This document shows positions 1 to 9,356 of a stretch of 64,000 bases of DNA, one piece after another. Position 1 is the first letter of the stretch; the number at the start of each line of letters is the position of its first letter. This DNA comes from an uncultured Actinomycetota bacterium (GTDB taxonomy: Bacteria > Actinomycetota > Actinomycetes > JAHEKZ01). Under the pieces are notes generated by a model. It saw only the letters and a program-made list of their open reading frames with translations, was not told the origin of the DNA and searched no databases. Where the stretch lies: positions 416,001 through 480,000 of the forward strand of contig CAVQYR010000002.1 of assembly GCA_963718235.1 (NCBI GenBank), given 5' to 3'. A program made the translations under genes and the position numbers.

Positions 1-141
1 GGAGCCGAGATGATCGACGAGGCCTCGCGCAAGATGGCGTTGGTCGTGTCCGGCAAGGGGCGCGCCGCCGCCATGAAGCGAACCGTCTGGTTCGACCCCA
101 CCGCCGACGACGGCCGCACCACCACGGAGCCGTCCTCATGA
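1..141 (+). CDS. 3' end of an unidentified gene (partial)
   Basis: Frame 1 is open from base 1 ([20 protein letters not shown]...TTEPSS*) with GC-rich third positions. Its TGA overlaps the next ATG (ATGA 138-141). Confidence 0.6.
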   Translation, partial: GAEMIDEASRKMALVVSGKGRAAAMKRTVWFDPTADDGRTTTEPSS

Positions 142-908
142 GCCCCGCTCTCGCCGATCGGGTCGCACTCGTCACCGGCGCCGGGAGCCCGACCGGGATC
201 GGGGCGGCCTGCGCCAGGGCCTTGCGTGACCTCGGGGCCAGCGTCGCCGTGACGTCGACGACCGATCGGATCCACGAACGCGCTGCCGAGCTCGGGACGG
301 GGGTCACCGGGTACGTCGCAGACCTGACCGACCCCGAGCAGGTGGCCGACCTGGTGCAGGAGGTCGACGACCGCTTCGGCCCCGTCGACGTCCTGGTCAA
401 CAACGCCGGCATGACGAGCGTCAGCGACGTCGAGCCCTGGCTGTCGCTGGTGGAGCTGACCCCAGAGCAGTTCCGGCACGGAATCGCGCGCAACCTGGAC
501 ACCGCCTTCCTCATGACCCGCGCGGTCCTGCCCGGCATGTGCGAGCGTCGGTTCGGGCGGATCGTGAACGTCGCCTCGACCTCCGGGTCGGTGACGGCGA
601 TGCCGGGGGAGGCCGCCTATGTGACGGGCAAGGCCGGGATGCGCGGACTCGCGATGGCGGCGGCGGTCGAGGTGGCCGCGTTCGGGGTCACGGCGAACAC
701 CGTGGCCCCCGGGTGGGTCGAGACGGGCAGCAGCCTGCCTGCGGAGCACGAGTACGGCGCTCGGACGCCGATGGGCCGGATGGGTCGGCCCGACGAGGTG
801 GCGGCAGCGGTGGCCTTCCTGTGCAGCCCCGGTGCCTCCTACGTCACCGGTCAGACGATCGTGGTCGACGGCGGAAACTCCGTCCGCGAGGCCAACCCGG
901 TCCTCTGA
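138..908 (+). CDS. Short-chain dehydrogenase/reductase (FabG-like)
   Basis: [11 protein letters not shown] Rossmann motif, NNAG, YxxxK (YVTGK), C-terminal [10 protein letters not shown]. Confidence 0.92.
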   Translation: MSPALADRVALVTGAGSPTGIGAACARALRDLGASVAVTSTTDRIHERAAELGTGVTGYVADLTDPEQVADLVQEVDDRFGPVDVLVNNAGMTSVSDVEPWLSLVELTPEQFRHGIARNLDTAFLMTRAVLPGMCERRFGRIVNVASTSGSVTAMPGEAAYVTGKAGMRGLAMAAAVEVAAFGVTANTVAPGWVETGSSLPAEHEYGARTPMGRMGRPDEVAAAVAFLCSPGASYVTGQTIVVDGGNSVREANPVL

Positions 909-971
909 CCCGGGCCGGCTTCGACCGGTTGGGCGGTCAAGTCCGGTCCGCGGGCCGCCGAGACACCCCCC

Positions 972-1655
972 ATGGACCCCTCATCCGTGGGAGCCGGTGA
1001 CCCGGCTGCCCTTCGTCGCCGCGGTTTCCTCGGCGGTGTCCTGGCGGTGTGCGGCGGCTGCCTGGTGACCGCCTGCGGCACGGCCGAACCAACGGCCGGT
1101 GCGGCGTCCAGCGCCGCGCCGACGAGCGCCGCGTCCTCGGCCACGGCCGCACGGACGAAGCGACCCAAGCCGACGTCGTCCCCGAGCCGAGACGCCCGAC
1201 CCAGCAAGAAGGCGACCCGCGAGCCGTCCCCGAGCCAGTCGCAGACCACCGAACCTCAGCCCACGACGTCGGCGAGCACGCGCGAGCCCCGACCGACCGA
1301 CGATCCGACGACCAAGGAGCCCAAGCCCACCAAGTCGTCGTCGACCCCGAAGCCGACCGATCCCAGCGAGGGCTCGATCGTGCGCACCAAGGACGTCCCG
1401 GTCGGCGGTGGCGTGGTCGTGTCCGCCTTCGACGTGGTGGTGACCCAGCCGACGTCCGGGGACTTCCGCGCGTTCGCCGCCCGGTGCACGCATCGCGGCT
1501 GCCTGCTCGGCCCGGTGAGCTCCGCGGAGATCCGCTGCCCCTGCCACAGCTCCCGGTTCTCGATCGAGGACGGCAGCCCGATCTACGGACCGGCCCCGAC
1601 GGCGCTGCCCTCGGTACCGATCACCGTCGACAAGGGGTACGTCTACCCGGCCTGA
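972..1655 (+). CDS. Rieske (2Fe-2S) domain lipoprotein with Tat signal
   Basis: RRRGFL twin-arginine motif, lipobox-like LVTAC, long S/T/P/K linker, Rieske motifs CTHRGC and CPCHSSRF. Confidence 0.9.
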   Translation: MDPSSVGAGDPAALRRRGFLGGVLAVCGGCLVTACGTAEPTAGAASSAAPTSAASSATAARTKRPKPTSSPSRDARPSKKATREPSPSQSQTTEPQPTTSASTREPRPTDDPTTKEPKPTKSSSTPKPTDPSEGSIVRTKDVPVGGGVVVSAFDVVVTQPTSGDFRAFAARCTHRGCLLGPVSSAEIRCPCHSSRFSIEDGSPIYGPAPTALPSVPITVDKGYVYPA

Positions 1656-1678
1656 GCGTCCCGACTGCCCGCGCGGAC

Positions 1679-2941
1679 TCAGGTGAGGTCGCGGGCGAGC
1701 AGGTCGTCGTAGGTGTCGCGGCGGACGACCGCGCGGGCTCGGCCGTCACGGCAGAACACCACGGGCGGCCGCAGAGCGCCGTTGTAGTTGTTGGCCAGGG
1801 TGTGGGTGTAAGCGCCCGTCATCGGCACGGCGACCAGGTCGCCCTCGCGCGGGTCCTGAAGTGGCAGCGCGGAGGCGAACAGGTCACCGGACTCGCACTG
1901 GCGTCCGACCAGCTCGACCGGGGCCCCGCCGCCGACCCGGTCGACGAGCGTGGCCTCGAACCGTTGTCCCATGTACGTCGACGCCTCGAAGTTGTCCGCG
2001 ATCCCGCCGTCGACCGCGACGAACGTCGGGTCGCCGCTCTTGACGGTCACCACGGTGTAGACGGTGACCGTCGACTGGGCGACCAGTGACCGACCCGGCT
2101 CGATCCACAGCTGTGCCGATGCGGGGAGGTGCTCGCTCGCGGCTGCGGTGATGACGTCGAGGTACTCCTCGACCGACGGCGGGTGCTCGGCGTAGGTGTA
2201 GCGGACGCCGAGTCCTCCGCCGATGTCGTAGACGTCGAACGCGCCGAGGCCGGAGACCGCCTGCACCGCCTCGGCGAAGGGCTCGGCGTCGAGGATCTGA
2301 GAACCGACGTGCAGGTGCAGGCCCAGGACCTCGATCAGAGGGTGGCTGCGCATGCGGTCGATGGCCGTCGCTGCCTGGTCGAGGGGGAGGCCGAACTTGG
2401 ACCCGTGGTGTCCGGTGGAGATGGCGGCCTGGGTCTCCGCCCGAACGCCCGGGATCACCCTCAGCAGCACCCGCTGGGGGCGGGTCAGCATCGACTCCAG
2501 CCGCTCGATGTCGGTCAGGTTGTCGACGACGATCGTCCCGACACCTGCTGCGAGGGCGCGGTCGAGCTCGTCGTCGGTCTTGGCGTTTCCGTGCAGCACG
2601 ATCGACGCCGGGTCCGCCCCGGAGGCCAGGGCCATGACGAGCTCGCCTCCACCGGCCACGTCGAGGGCGAGCCCCTCGTCGGCCATGACCGCGTACACGG
2701 CGGTGCACGGGAATGACTTCGAGGCGAAGGCCACGTGGGATCCCGGACGTCGCGCACTCAGTCCGTCGGCGAACCGGCGTGCCTGTCGGCGAAGGGCCGC
2801 CTCGTCGACGACGTAGACGGGAGTCCCGTGGGCATGGGCGACGTCGGTGAGCCGACACCCGCCGACGACGAGCACGCCGTCGTCGTCGACCGTCGTCCCG
2901 TGCGGGAAGAGCCCCAACAGCTCGTCTCGTGGGGGTGTCAT
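1679..2941 (-). CDS. lysA: Diaminopimelate decarboxylase family (LysA-like)
   Basis: GTPVYVVD, FASKSF (PLP lysine), HGNAK, HLHVGSQ, DIGGG, IEPGRS, CESGD, GAY motifs. Start taken at ATG 2941 (MTPPRD). Confidence 0.85.
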   Translation of the reverse strand: MTPPRDELLGLFPHGTTVDDDGVLVVGGCRLTDVAHAHGTPVYVVDEAALRRQARRFADGLSARRPGSHVAFASKSFPCTAVYAVMADEGLALDVAGGGELVMALASGADPASIVLHGNAKTDDELDRALAAGVGTIVVDNLTDIERLESMLTRPQRVLLRVIPGVRAETQAAISTGHHGSKFGLPLDQAATAIDRMRSHPLIEVLGLHLHVGSQILDAEPFAEAVQAVSGLGAFDVYDIGGGLGVRYTYAEHPPSVEEYLDVITAAASEHLPASAQLWIEPGRSLVAQSTVTVYTVVTVKSGDPTFVAVDGGIADNFEASTYMGQRFEATLVDRVGGGAPVELVGRQCESGDLFASALPLQDPREGDLVAVPMTGAYTHTLANNYNGALRPPVVFCRDGRARAVVRRDTYDDLLARDLT

Positions 2942-2948
2942 CGGGCGG

Positions 2949-3916
2949 TCAGCGCCTCGTCGCGTCGGTGGGCAGGTCGCCCCGGCGAGCCACTCGACCA
3001 GGTCAGGGGTCCGGTGGACGAGCTCCATGTGCCCGCCCTGCATCCGGACGACGTGGGCGCCCGGCACGTGCTCGGCCAGCCACTCGCCGTGAGCCCGGGG
3101 AACCAGGGTGTCCTCCACGCCGAACCACACCATGGCGGGCGCGGTGATCGCGTCGACGCTGAACCCCCAGGGCCGGACGAAGACCATGTCGTCGTCGATC
3201 CAGCCGTCGACGCCGGCGCGATACGCCTCCTGGACACCGCGGGTCATGCGCTCGTGGCGTCGTGGGTCGGCCATGATCGCCCGGTCGCCCGGGGACAGCT
3301 CGTAGTCGTCGCCGAGCAGGTTCGCGGGGTCGTCGACGACGCGCTGGAGCTCTCCGGCCGCCAACGACTCGAGGTTCGGGCGCAGGGCGGGCTCGCCACC
3401 CTGCGCCCAGGTGAACTCGTCGACGTTTCCCTGGGTCATGCCTTCGAGCCAGGTCTCGGCTGCGAGCCCAGGACCGCCGAAGGGGGCGACCCCGACGACG
3501 CAGGCGACCCGGGTGACCCGGTCGGGCAGCAGGGCGGCGACCGCCAGGCAGTGCGGCCCGCCCCCGGATCCGCCGGTCACGGCGAAACGGTCGATCCCCA
3601 GGTGGTCGGCGATCGTCGCCACGTCGGTGGCCACGTCCGCGACCGTGCGACCTCTGAGGCGGGTGGAGCGCCCGTAGCCGGGCCGGTCGTAGCCGACGAC
3701 GCGGACCGACTTCTCGTCGTAGAGGTTCGGGTGCTCGACCGGCGGGCCGCCGTAGCGACACCCGGGAGTGCCGTGCAGCGAGAAGACCGGGAAGCCGTCG
3801 GCCGGTCCGTACTCGGCCACCCCGAGGATGCGCCCGTCGGGAGTGGCCACGGTGGACTCGCGGGCCACCGGGTCGGGCACCGTCGCTCCGCCACTGACCC
3901 AGGGCTGCTCGCTCAT
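2949..3916 (-). CDS. Alpha/beta hydrolase (probably one base missing near the 3' end)
   Basis: HGTPG, DRPGYGRS, GGSGGG nucleophile elbow, GGH. TACCCT lies 6 nt before ATG 3916. One extra G in the run at 2980-2983 would give a stop at 2949-2951. Confidence 0.85.
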
Positions 3917-4023
3917 GGTCGGAGGGTACTCAGCGCCCGCCGCCTGGGCCGGACCAGGATTGGATACGATCGAACCATCGACGGCAGGCGCAGGCCGCCG
4001 TACGTCCAGCAAGGAGCTGCGGC

Positions 4024-5223
4024 ATGGGCCGTCTCGCGCAGACCGAAGGCCTCACCGACGTGCAGTCGGAGATCCTCGCGGCGGTCAGGGAGTTCGTCGA
4101 CCACGAGATCATCCCCGTGGCCAACGAGCTCGAGCACGCCGACGAGTACCCCACGAAGATCGTCGAGCAGATGAAGGAGATGGGGATCTTCGGGCTGATG
4201 ATCCCCGAGGAGTACGGCGGGCTCGGTGAGTCGCTGCTCACCTACGCCTTGGTGGTCGAGGAGATCGCTCGCGGCTGGATGAGCATCAGCGGGATCATCA
4301 ACACCCACTTCATCGTCGCCTACCTGCTGCTGCAGCACGGTACCGACGAGCAGAAGCAGAAGTACCTGCCCCGCATGGCGACCGGCGAGGTCCGCGGCGC
4401 GTTCTCGATGTCGGAGCCCGGTTGCGGATCCGACGTGTCGGCGATCAAGACCAGGGCCGTCAAGCAGGACGACGGCAGCTACGTGGTCAACGGGCAGAAG
4501 ATGTGGCTGACCAACGGTGGCTCGTCGACGCTGGTCGCGGTGCTCGTGAAGACCGACGAGGGCGCCGACAGCGTCTACAAGAGCATGACGACCCTGCTCA
4601 TCGAGAAGGAGCCCGGGTTCGGCGAGGTCGCGCCGGGCCTGACCGTGCCGGGCAAGCTCGAGAAGATGGGCTACAAGGGCGTCGACACCACTGAGCTCGT
4701 GCTCGACAACGTGCCGGTCGCTGCCGACCAGGTGCTCGGCGAGCAGCCGGGACGCGGTTTCTACCAGATGATGGACGGCGTCGAGGTGGGTCGGGTCAAC
4801 GTGGCGGCGCGTGCGTGCGGCGTGGCTCTTCGGGCGTTCGAGCTCGGCGTCGACTACGCGCAGCTGCGCGAGACGTTCGGCAAGCCGATCGCGCAGCACC
4901 AGGCGGTGCTGTTCCGACTGGCCGAGATGGGCACGAAGGTCGAGGCAGCCCACCAGATGATGGTTCGGGCAGCGAGGACCAAGGACTCCGGCGAGCGGAA
5001 CGACCTCGAGGCCGGCATGGCCAAGTACCTGGCCAGCGAGTACTGCCGCGACGTCGTCGAGGACTCGTTCCGCATCCACGGCGGCTACGGCTACTCCAAG
5101 GAGTACGAGATCGAGCGGCTCTACCGCGAGGCGCCGATGCTGCTGATCGGTGAGGGGACTGCCGACATCCAGCGGATGATCATCGGGCGGCGGCTGCTCG
5201 AGGACTACCGACGACGCGGCTGA
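4024..5223 (+). CDS. Acyl-CoA dehydrogenase
   Basis: FSMSEPGCGSD, NGQKMWLTNG, RETFGKPI, IHGGYGY, IGEGT motifs. Confidence 0.95.
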   Translation: MGRLAQTEGLTDVQSEILAAVREFVDHEIIPVANELEHADEYPTKIVEQMKEMGIFGLMIPEEYGGLGESLLTYALVVEEIARGWMSISGIINTHFIVAYLLLQHGTDEQKQKYLPRMATGEVRGAFSMSEPGCGSDVSAIKTRAVKQDDGSYVVNGQKMWLTNGGSSTLVAVLVKTDEGADSVYKSMTTLLIEKEPGFGEVAPGLTVPGKLEKMGYKGVDTTELVLDNVPVAADQVLGEQPGRGFYQMMDGVEVGRVNVAARACGVALRAFELGVDYAQLRETFGKPIAQHQAVLFRLAEMGTKVEAAHQMMVRAARTKDSGERNDLEAGMAKYLASEYCRDVVEDSFRIHGGYGYSKEYEIERLYREAPMLLIGEGTADIQRMIIGRRLLEDYRRRG

Positions 5224-5794
5224 GCTCTTCCTCGCGGCGCCGAAGCATCCGACGGCCGAAGATCGCCACCGCCAGCATCACGATGCCGAGCCCGGCAGCA
5301 GCCATGAACGCGAGCGCCATGGCCGTAGCCAGACCGATCGGGCCTTGCAGCCACCAGTCGAGGAGGAATCCGACCACGAGCGCGGCCATGAGGATGCCGT
5401 CGCGAACCAGCCACCCGCGAAGCACCAGCTGCTCGGATCGCAGCCGGGCCACCGACTCGGCGGTAACCGGCTGTGCGGCCGTCGGCGCGGCTGCTGGCCG
5501 AGAAGGCGGCGAAACGGACGACTGCGGCTCCGGTCCGGGGGGACCGAGGGGAGCCGCTCGCCGGGTGGGTTCGGGGCCGACGTCGGGGTCGAGCCCTCGG
5601 GCCAGGCGGAGCCACGCGGCACCCTGGGAGAACCCGATCCTGGCGAGGACGAACAGGGCCAGGATCGCCATGAACAACCAGTCGTCCTGGGCGATCGGCC
5701 ACAGGACGATGCAGCCGGCCACGGCAGCCAGGCTCCCGGCCAGCAGGACGATGCCCCTGGTCGCCGGGGTCAGCGAGTAGAGCCAGTTCCTCAC
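5180..5794 (-). CDS. Hypothetical membrane protein (about 4 TM helices)
   Basis: Two pairs of hydrophobic segments separated by a Pro-rich loop. Fills the gap between two + strand genes. Confidence 0.65.
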   Translation of the reverse strand: MRNWLYSLTPATRGIVLLAGSLAAVAGCIVLWPIAQDDWLFMAILALFVLARIGFSQGAAWLRLARGLDPDVGPEPTRRAAPLGPPGPEPQSSVSPPSRPAAAPTAAQPVTAESVARLRSEQLVLRGWLVRDGILMAALVVGFLLDWWLQGPIGLATAMALAFMAAAGLGIVMLAVAIFGRRMLRRREEELSRVVGSPRAAAAR

Positions 5795-5884
5795 GGTTTC
5801 AGCATCGACCAGTCAGTGACCCACCGACCAGAGGCCTTTGGCAGGATCAAGGGGAGGACACCGGCTGAGGGCTGAGGAGACATC

Positions 5885-6388
5885 ATGCAGTTCGGGCGCT
5901 ACTACGAGGAGTTCGGGGTCGGCGACGTCTACAAGCACTGGCCGGGGAAGACCGTCACCGAGTACGACGACCACCTGTTCTGCCTGATCACGATGAACCA
6001 CCACCCGTTGCACCTGGATGCGCACTACGCGGAGCAGACGACCGACTTCGGCAGGAACGTCGTTGTGGGCAACTACATCTACTCGTTGCTGCTCGGCATG
6101 TCCGTGCCGGACGTCAGCGGCAAGGCGATCGCCAACCTCGAGGTCGAGTCGCTGCGCCACATCGCACCGACCTTCCACGGCGACACGCTCTACGGCGAGA
6201 CCACCGTGCTGGACAAGACGGAGTCGAGGTCCAAGGACGACCGTGGGGTCGTGCACGTGGAGACTCGGGGCTACAAGCAGGACGGCACGGTCGTGTGTGT
6301 GTTCCGACGCAAGGTCATGGTGCCCAAGCGCTCCTACGGTGAGGCCCGGGGCGGGGAGCAGCCCGGCCGTCCGGTGCCACTTCCTTAG
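5885..6388 (+). CDS. MaoC family dehydratase
   Basis: GRYYEEF, MNHHPLHLD, PTFHGDTL hot-dog fold motifs. SD GAGGAG upstream. Confidence 0.93.
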   Translation: MQFGRYYEEFGVGDVYKHWPGKTVTEYDDHLFCLITMNHHPLHLDAHYAEQTTDFGRNVVVGNYIYSLLLGMSVPDVSGKAIANLEVESLRHIAPTFHGDTLYGETTVLDKTESRSKDDRGVVHVETRGYKQDGTVVCVFRRKVMVPKRSYGEARGGEQPGRPVPLP

Positions 6389-6446
6389 GCGAGTACAGCC
6401 GAAATCCGCTGGACGACGGGTGCCTTGGCGGCGGTAGCGTCGCCGC

Positions 6447-7421
6447 GTGCCCAGAGTCGAGGTCGTGCCGTTCGCCGACCACCACCTCACCGAGGCGGCC
6501 TGGCTGCTGAGCCGGCAGCACAAGTCGTTGCGTTCGGTCGAGCCGCTCCTACCGGTGGCGTACGAGCAGCGGGAACGGGTGGAGGCGGGCCTCGTCGAGC
6601 TCCTCTCCGCAGGCGCCACGGGCTCGGTGGCCCTGCGTGCAGGATCCCTGGTCGGGTACCTGCTCGGGTCAGCCCGTGAGGACGACGTGTGGGGACCGAA
6701 CGTCTGGATACCACCGGAGGGTGCGGCGGCGCGCGAGCCGGACGTGCTGCGCGACATCTACGCCGATGCCGCGCAGCGATGGGTCGACGAAGGGCGCACG
6801 GCCCACTACGCGTTGGTCCCGGCGCAGGACCCGTCGGTGGTTCGGGCGTGGTCGCACCTGTGCTTCGGGGTCCAGCACGTCCACGCGGGGCGGCCGCTCC
6901 CGAGGGCACCCGGTGAGCGACCGGACCCGCCGCCCGGCCTGACTGTGCGGCCGGCCGTGCCCGGTGACGTCGCGGCGATCGCGGCGATCGACGTCCAGTT
7001 CGGCGAGCACCTGCGGCGCGCCCCGGTGTTCTCCCGGATGGCGGTCCCCGCTCTGGCCGAGGCTGTGGTGGAGGCGAAGGAGTCCCTCGAGGACCCCACG
7101 CTCCACACGTTCGTGGCCGAGCGGAGCGAACGCGTGATCGGTGCCGCCGTCGGCTGCGACCTGAGCCTCTCGTCGGCCCACTCCGGACCAGCCCGGCTGG
7201 ACGGCGCTGCAATGCTCGCCTGGGTGGGCGTCGACGAGAGCCAGCGCGGAGCGGGGGTCGGCCGGGCCCTTGCCGACGCCGTCCTGACCTGGGCCGAGCA
7301 GGGCGACTACCGCGCCATCGCGACCGACTGGCGTGCGGCCAACCTGCCGTCGTCGCGGGCGTGGCCACCGCTGGGGTTCCACGAGACGTTCCTGCGCCTG
7401 CACCGGCTCATCGGGTACTAG
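6447..7421 (+). CDS. GNAT family N-acetyltransferase
   Basis: C-terminal VDESQRGAGVGRAL acetyl-CoA motif and ANLPSSRAWPPLGF. TAGCGT lies 6 nt before the GTG. Confidence 0.85.
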   Translation: MPRVEVVPFADHHLTEAAWLLSRQHKSLRSVEPLLPVAYEQRERVEAGLVELLSAGATGSVALRAGSLVGYLLGSAREDDVWGPNVWIPPEGAAAREPDVLRDIYADAAQRWVDEGRTAHYALVPAQDPSVVRAWSHLCFGVQHVHAGRPLPRAPGERPDPPPGLTVRPAVPGDVAAIAAIDVQFGEHLRRAPVFSRMAVPALAEAVVEAKESLEDPTLHTFVAERSERVIGAAVGCDLSLSSAHSGPARLDGAAMLAWVGVDESQRGAGVGRALADAVLTWAEQGDYRAIATDWRAANLPSSRAWPPLGFHETFLRLHRLIGY

Positions 7422-7821
7422 CGAGGACCCCCCAGCCGGCGAGCGTGTCGACCAGCCCCGCGCTGGTCGGCAGGGCGCGCAGGGTGGACTCGTCGACCCA
7501 GCGGGCGTCACTCGCGTCGTCGCCGGCCCGAAGGCTCCCCCCGACCACCGTGCAGGAGAAGTCGACCACCTCGAAGGTCGTGGCGCCCGCGACCAGGGTG
7601 AGCCGACCGATCTCGTGGTCGACGAGGACGCGCAGCCCGGTCTCCTCGAGCACTTCGCGGGCGCAGGCGGTGTCCTGGGCCTCGCCGGGCTTCACCCGTC
7701 CTCCGGGCAGGGACCACAGACCCTGGCTCGGCGGGTTCGCCCGACGAACGACCAGGAGGTGCCCGTCGTGGTCCCGGATGACCGCACCTACGGCGGGAAC
7801 GACCAGGTCCTGGGGAGGCAT
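7408..7821 (-). CDS. NUDIX hydrolase
   Basis: Nudix box LPGGRVKPGE...AREVLEETG, plus AGDDA. Confidence 0.92.
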   Translation of the reverse strand: MPPQDLVVPAVGAVIRDHDGHLLVVRRANPPSQGLWSLPGGRVKPGEAQDTACAREVLEETGLRVLVDHEIGRLTLVAGATTFEVVDFSCTVVGGSLRAGDDASDARWVDESTLRALPTSAGLVDTLAGWGVLASTR

Positions 7822-7883
7822 CGGACCATGATGGGCACCAGGTGGGTTGACGGCAACGGTGGTCGGGCGCGACGGTTCGGCTT

Positions 7884-8519
7884 GTGAAAGCCTCGCCGCG
7901 CTGCCCCAGGTGCCACGAGTCGATCGCGCCGCCCGGGCTGTTCTCCAGCGAATGGCGCTGTGAGAGGCACGGTCCGGTTGCTCCCCTGCAGGCGCCTGTG
8001 CCCCCGACCGAGGACGCCCTGACCGCCGTTCTGTCGGCCACCCGGGTTCCGGTGTGGGTGCCCTGGCCGCTGCCGGTCGGGTGGTTGCTCGCCGGTGCCG
8101 TCACGGCAGGGGACGACCGCACCGGCGGTGTCGGCTGCGCCGTGGCGCTCAGCGGTCCGGCGCCCTTGGGGGGGCCGGCCGACCTGGTCCTGGTGGCCGA
8201 GGAGCCCGGGGTCGGCATCGGTGCGGGTCTGGCCGGGCTGCAGGCGTCCGACCCGGGTCCCGGAGCCGCGTTCGGCCCGCCGGTCACCCGGGTGTCGGCG
8301 GCGAGCCATCCCACCCCGATGTGGTCGTTGCCACCGGTGCCGGGGCACGACCGCGCGGTCTACGTCGGCGAGGCCGCCGGATGCTGGCTGTGGGCGCTGT
8401 GCTGGCCCAGCGAGGTCAGCCTCGTGCTGCACGACTCCTTCGAGCTCGTCGACCTGCGGGAACCGGGACACCAGCTGGACCTGCCGTTCGGGGCGCCGTC
8501 CCCGCGCCTTCCCGGCTGA
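7884..8519 (+). CDS. Conserved actinobacterial protein (DUF6758-like)
   Basis: N-terminal CPRC...CERHG and VPVWVPWPLPVGW, LVAEEPGVG motifs recalled from this family. Confidence 0.75.
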   Translation: MKASPRCPRCHESIAPPGLFSSEWRCERHGPVAPLQAPVPPTEDALTAVLSATRVPVWVPWPLPVGWLLAGAVTAGDDRTGGVGCAVALSGPAPLGGPADLVLVAEEPGVGIGAGLAGLQASDPGPGAAFGPPVTRVSAASHPTPMWSLPPVPGHDRAVYVGEAAGCWLWALCWPSEVSLVLHDSFELVDLREPGHQLDLPFGAPSPRLPG

Positions 8520-8537
8520 CCGACGTACGCTTCGCCG

Positions 8538-9356
8538 ATGGCCCAGCTCGACCTGGACGGCATGCCACGACGGCTGTTCTCGTGCACGCCCACCCGACTG
8601 CTGTCCTGGCTGGACTGCCCGCGGCGCTACCGGTTCACCTACCTCGACCGCCCGACCCCGACCAAAGGCCCACCCTGGGCCCACCTGTCGCTGGGCACGT
8701 CGGTCCACAACGTGTTGCGCGCCTGGTGGGAGCAACCGGTGAGCCAGCGCGACGTCGACTCGGTCACTGCGCTGCTGACCCGTCACTGGCAGGGCGACGG
8801 GTACCGCAACGACGTCCAGCAGCTGGAGCAGCGAGACCAGGCGACGCAGTGGCTGCGTCGGTATGTGGCCACGCTCGACCCCGACGACGAGCCACTGGGG
8901 ATCGAGCGCACCGTCGCCACTCGCACCGAGCGGCTGGCCCTCAGCGGGCGGGTCGACCGAATCGACGAGCGGATGAGTGACGACGGAGTGACCGAGGCCG
9001 TCGTCGTCGACTACAAGACCGGACGACGGCCGCCGACCGACGACGACGCCCGCTCGTCGCTTGCGCTGGCGGTGTATGCGCTGGCCACCGAGCGCACGCT
9101 GCGCCGGCGCTGCCGCCAGGTCGAGCTGCACCATGTCCCGACGGGCACCGTCGCGAGCTGGCGACACGACGAGTCGACGCTGCAGCGGCACCTTCGCCGG
9201 GCGACCGAGCTCGCCGACGACGCCCAGGACGCCGAGGCGTACCCGGCGATGCCGGGGCCCGGCTGCGGGTGGTGCGACTTCCGCGCCCACTGCCCGGAGG
9301 GCCAGGCGGCGGCGACGTCGCGGCAGCCCTGGGACGGACTCGTCGAGGTCAGCTGA
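8538..9356 (+). CDS. RecB-family PD-(D/E)XK nuclease with Fe-S cysteines
   Basis: CPRRY, GRVDRID, VVDYKTG, CGWCDFRAHC. TACGCT lies 6 nt before the ATG. Confidence 0.9.
   Translation: MAQLDLDGMPRRLFSCTPTRLLSWLDCPRRYRFTYLDRPTPTKGPPWAHLSLGTSVHNVLRAWWEQPVSQRDVDSVTALLTRHWQGDGYRNDVQQLEQRDQATQWLRRYVATLDPDDEPLGIERTVATRTERLALSGRVDRIDERMSDDGVTEAVVVDYKTGRRPPTDDDARSSLALAVYALATERTLRRRCRQVELHHVPTGTVASWRHDESTLQRHLRRATELADDAQDAEAYPAMPGPGCGWCDFRAHCPEGQAAATSRQPWDGLVEVS

Noticed and set aside
8538-9356. Cas4-like nuclease as a sign of CRISPR-Cas
   Set aside because: No repeat-spacer array or other cas genes in the window; it fits a solo RecB-family nuclease.
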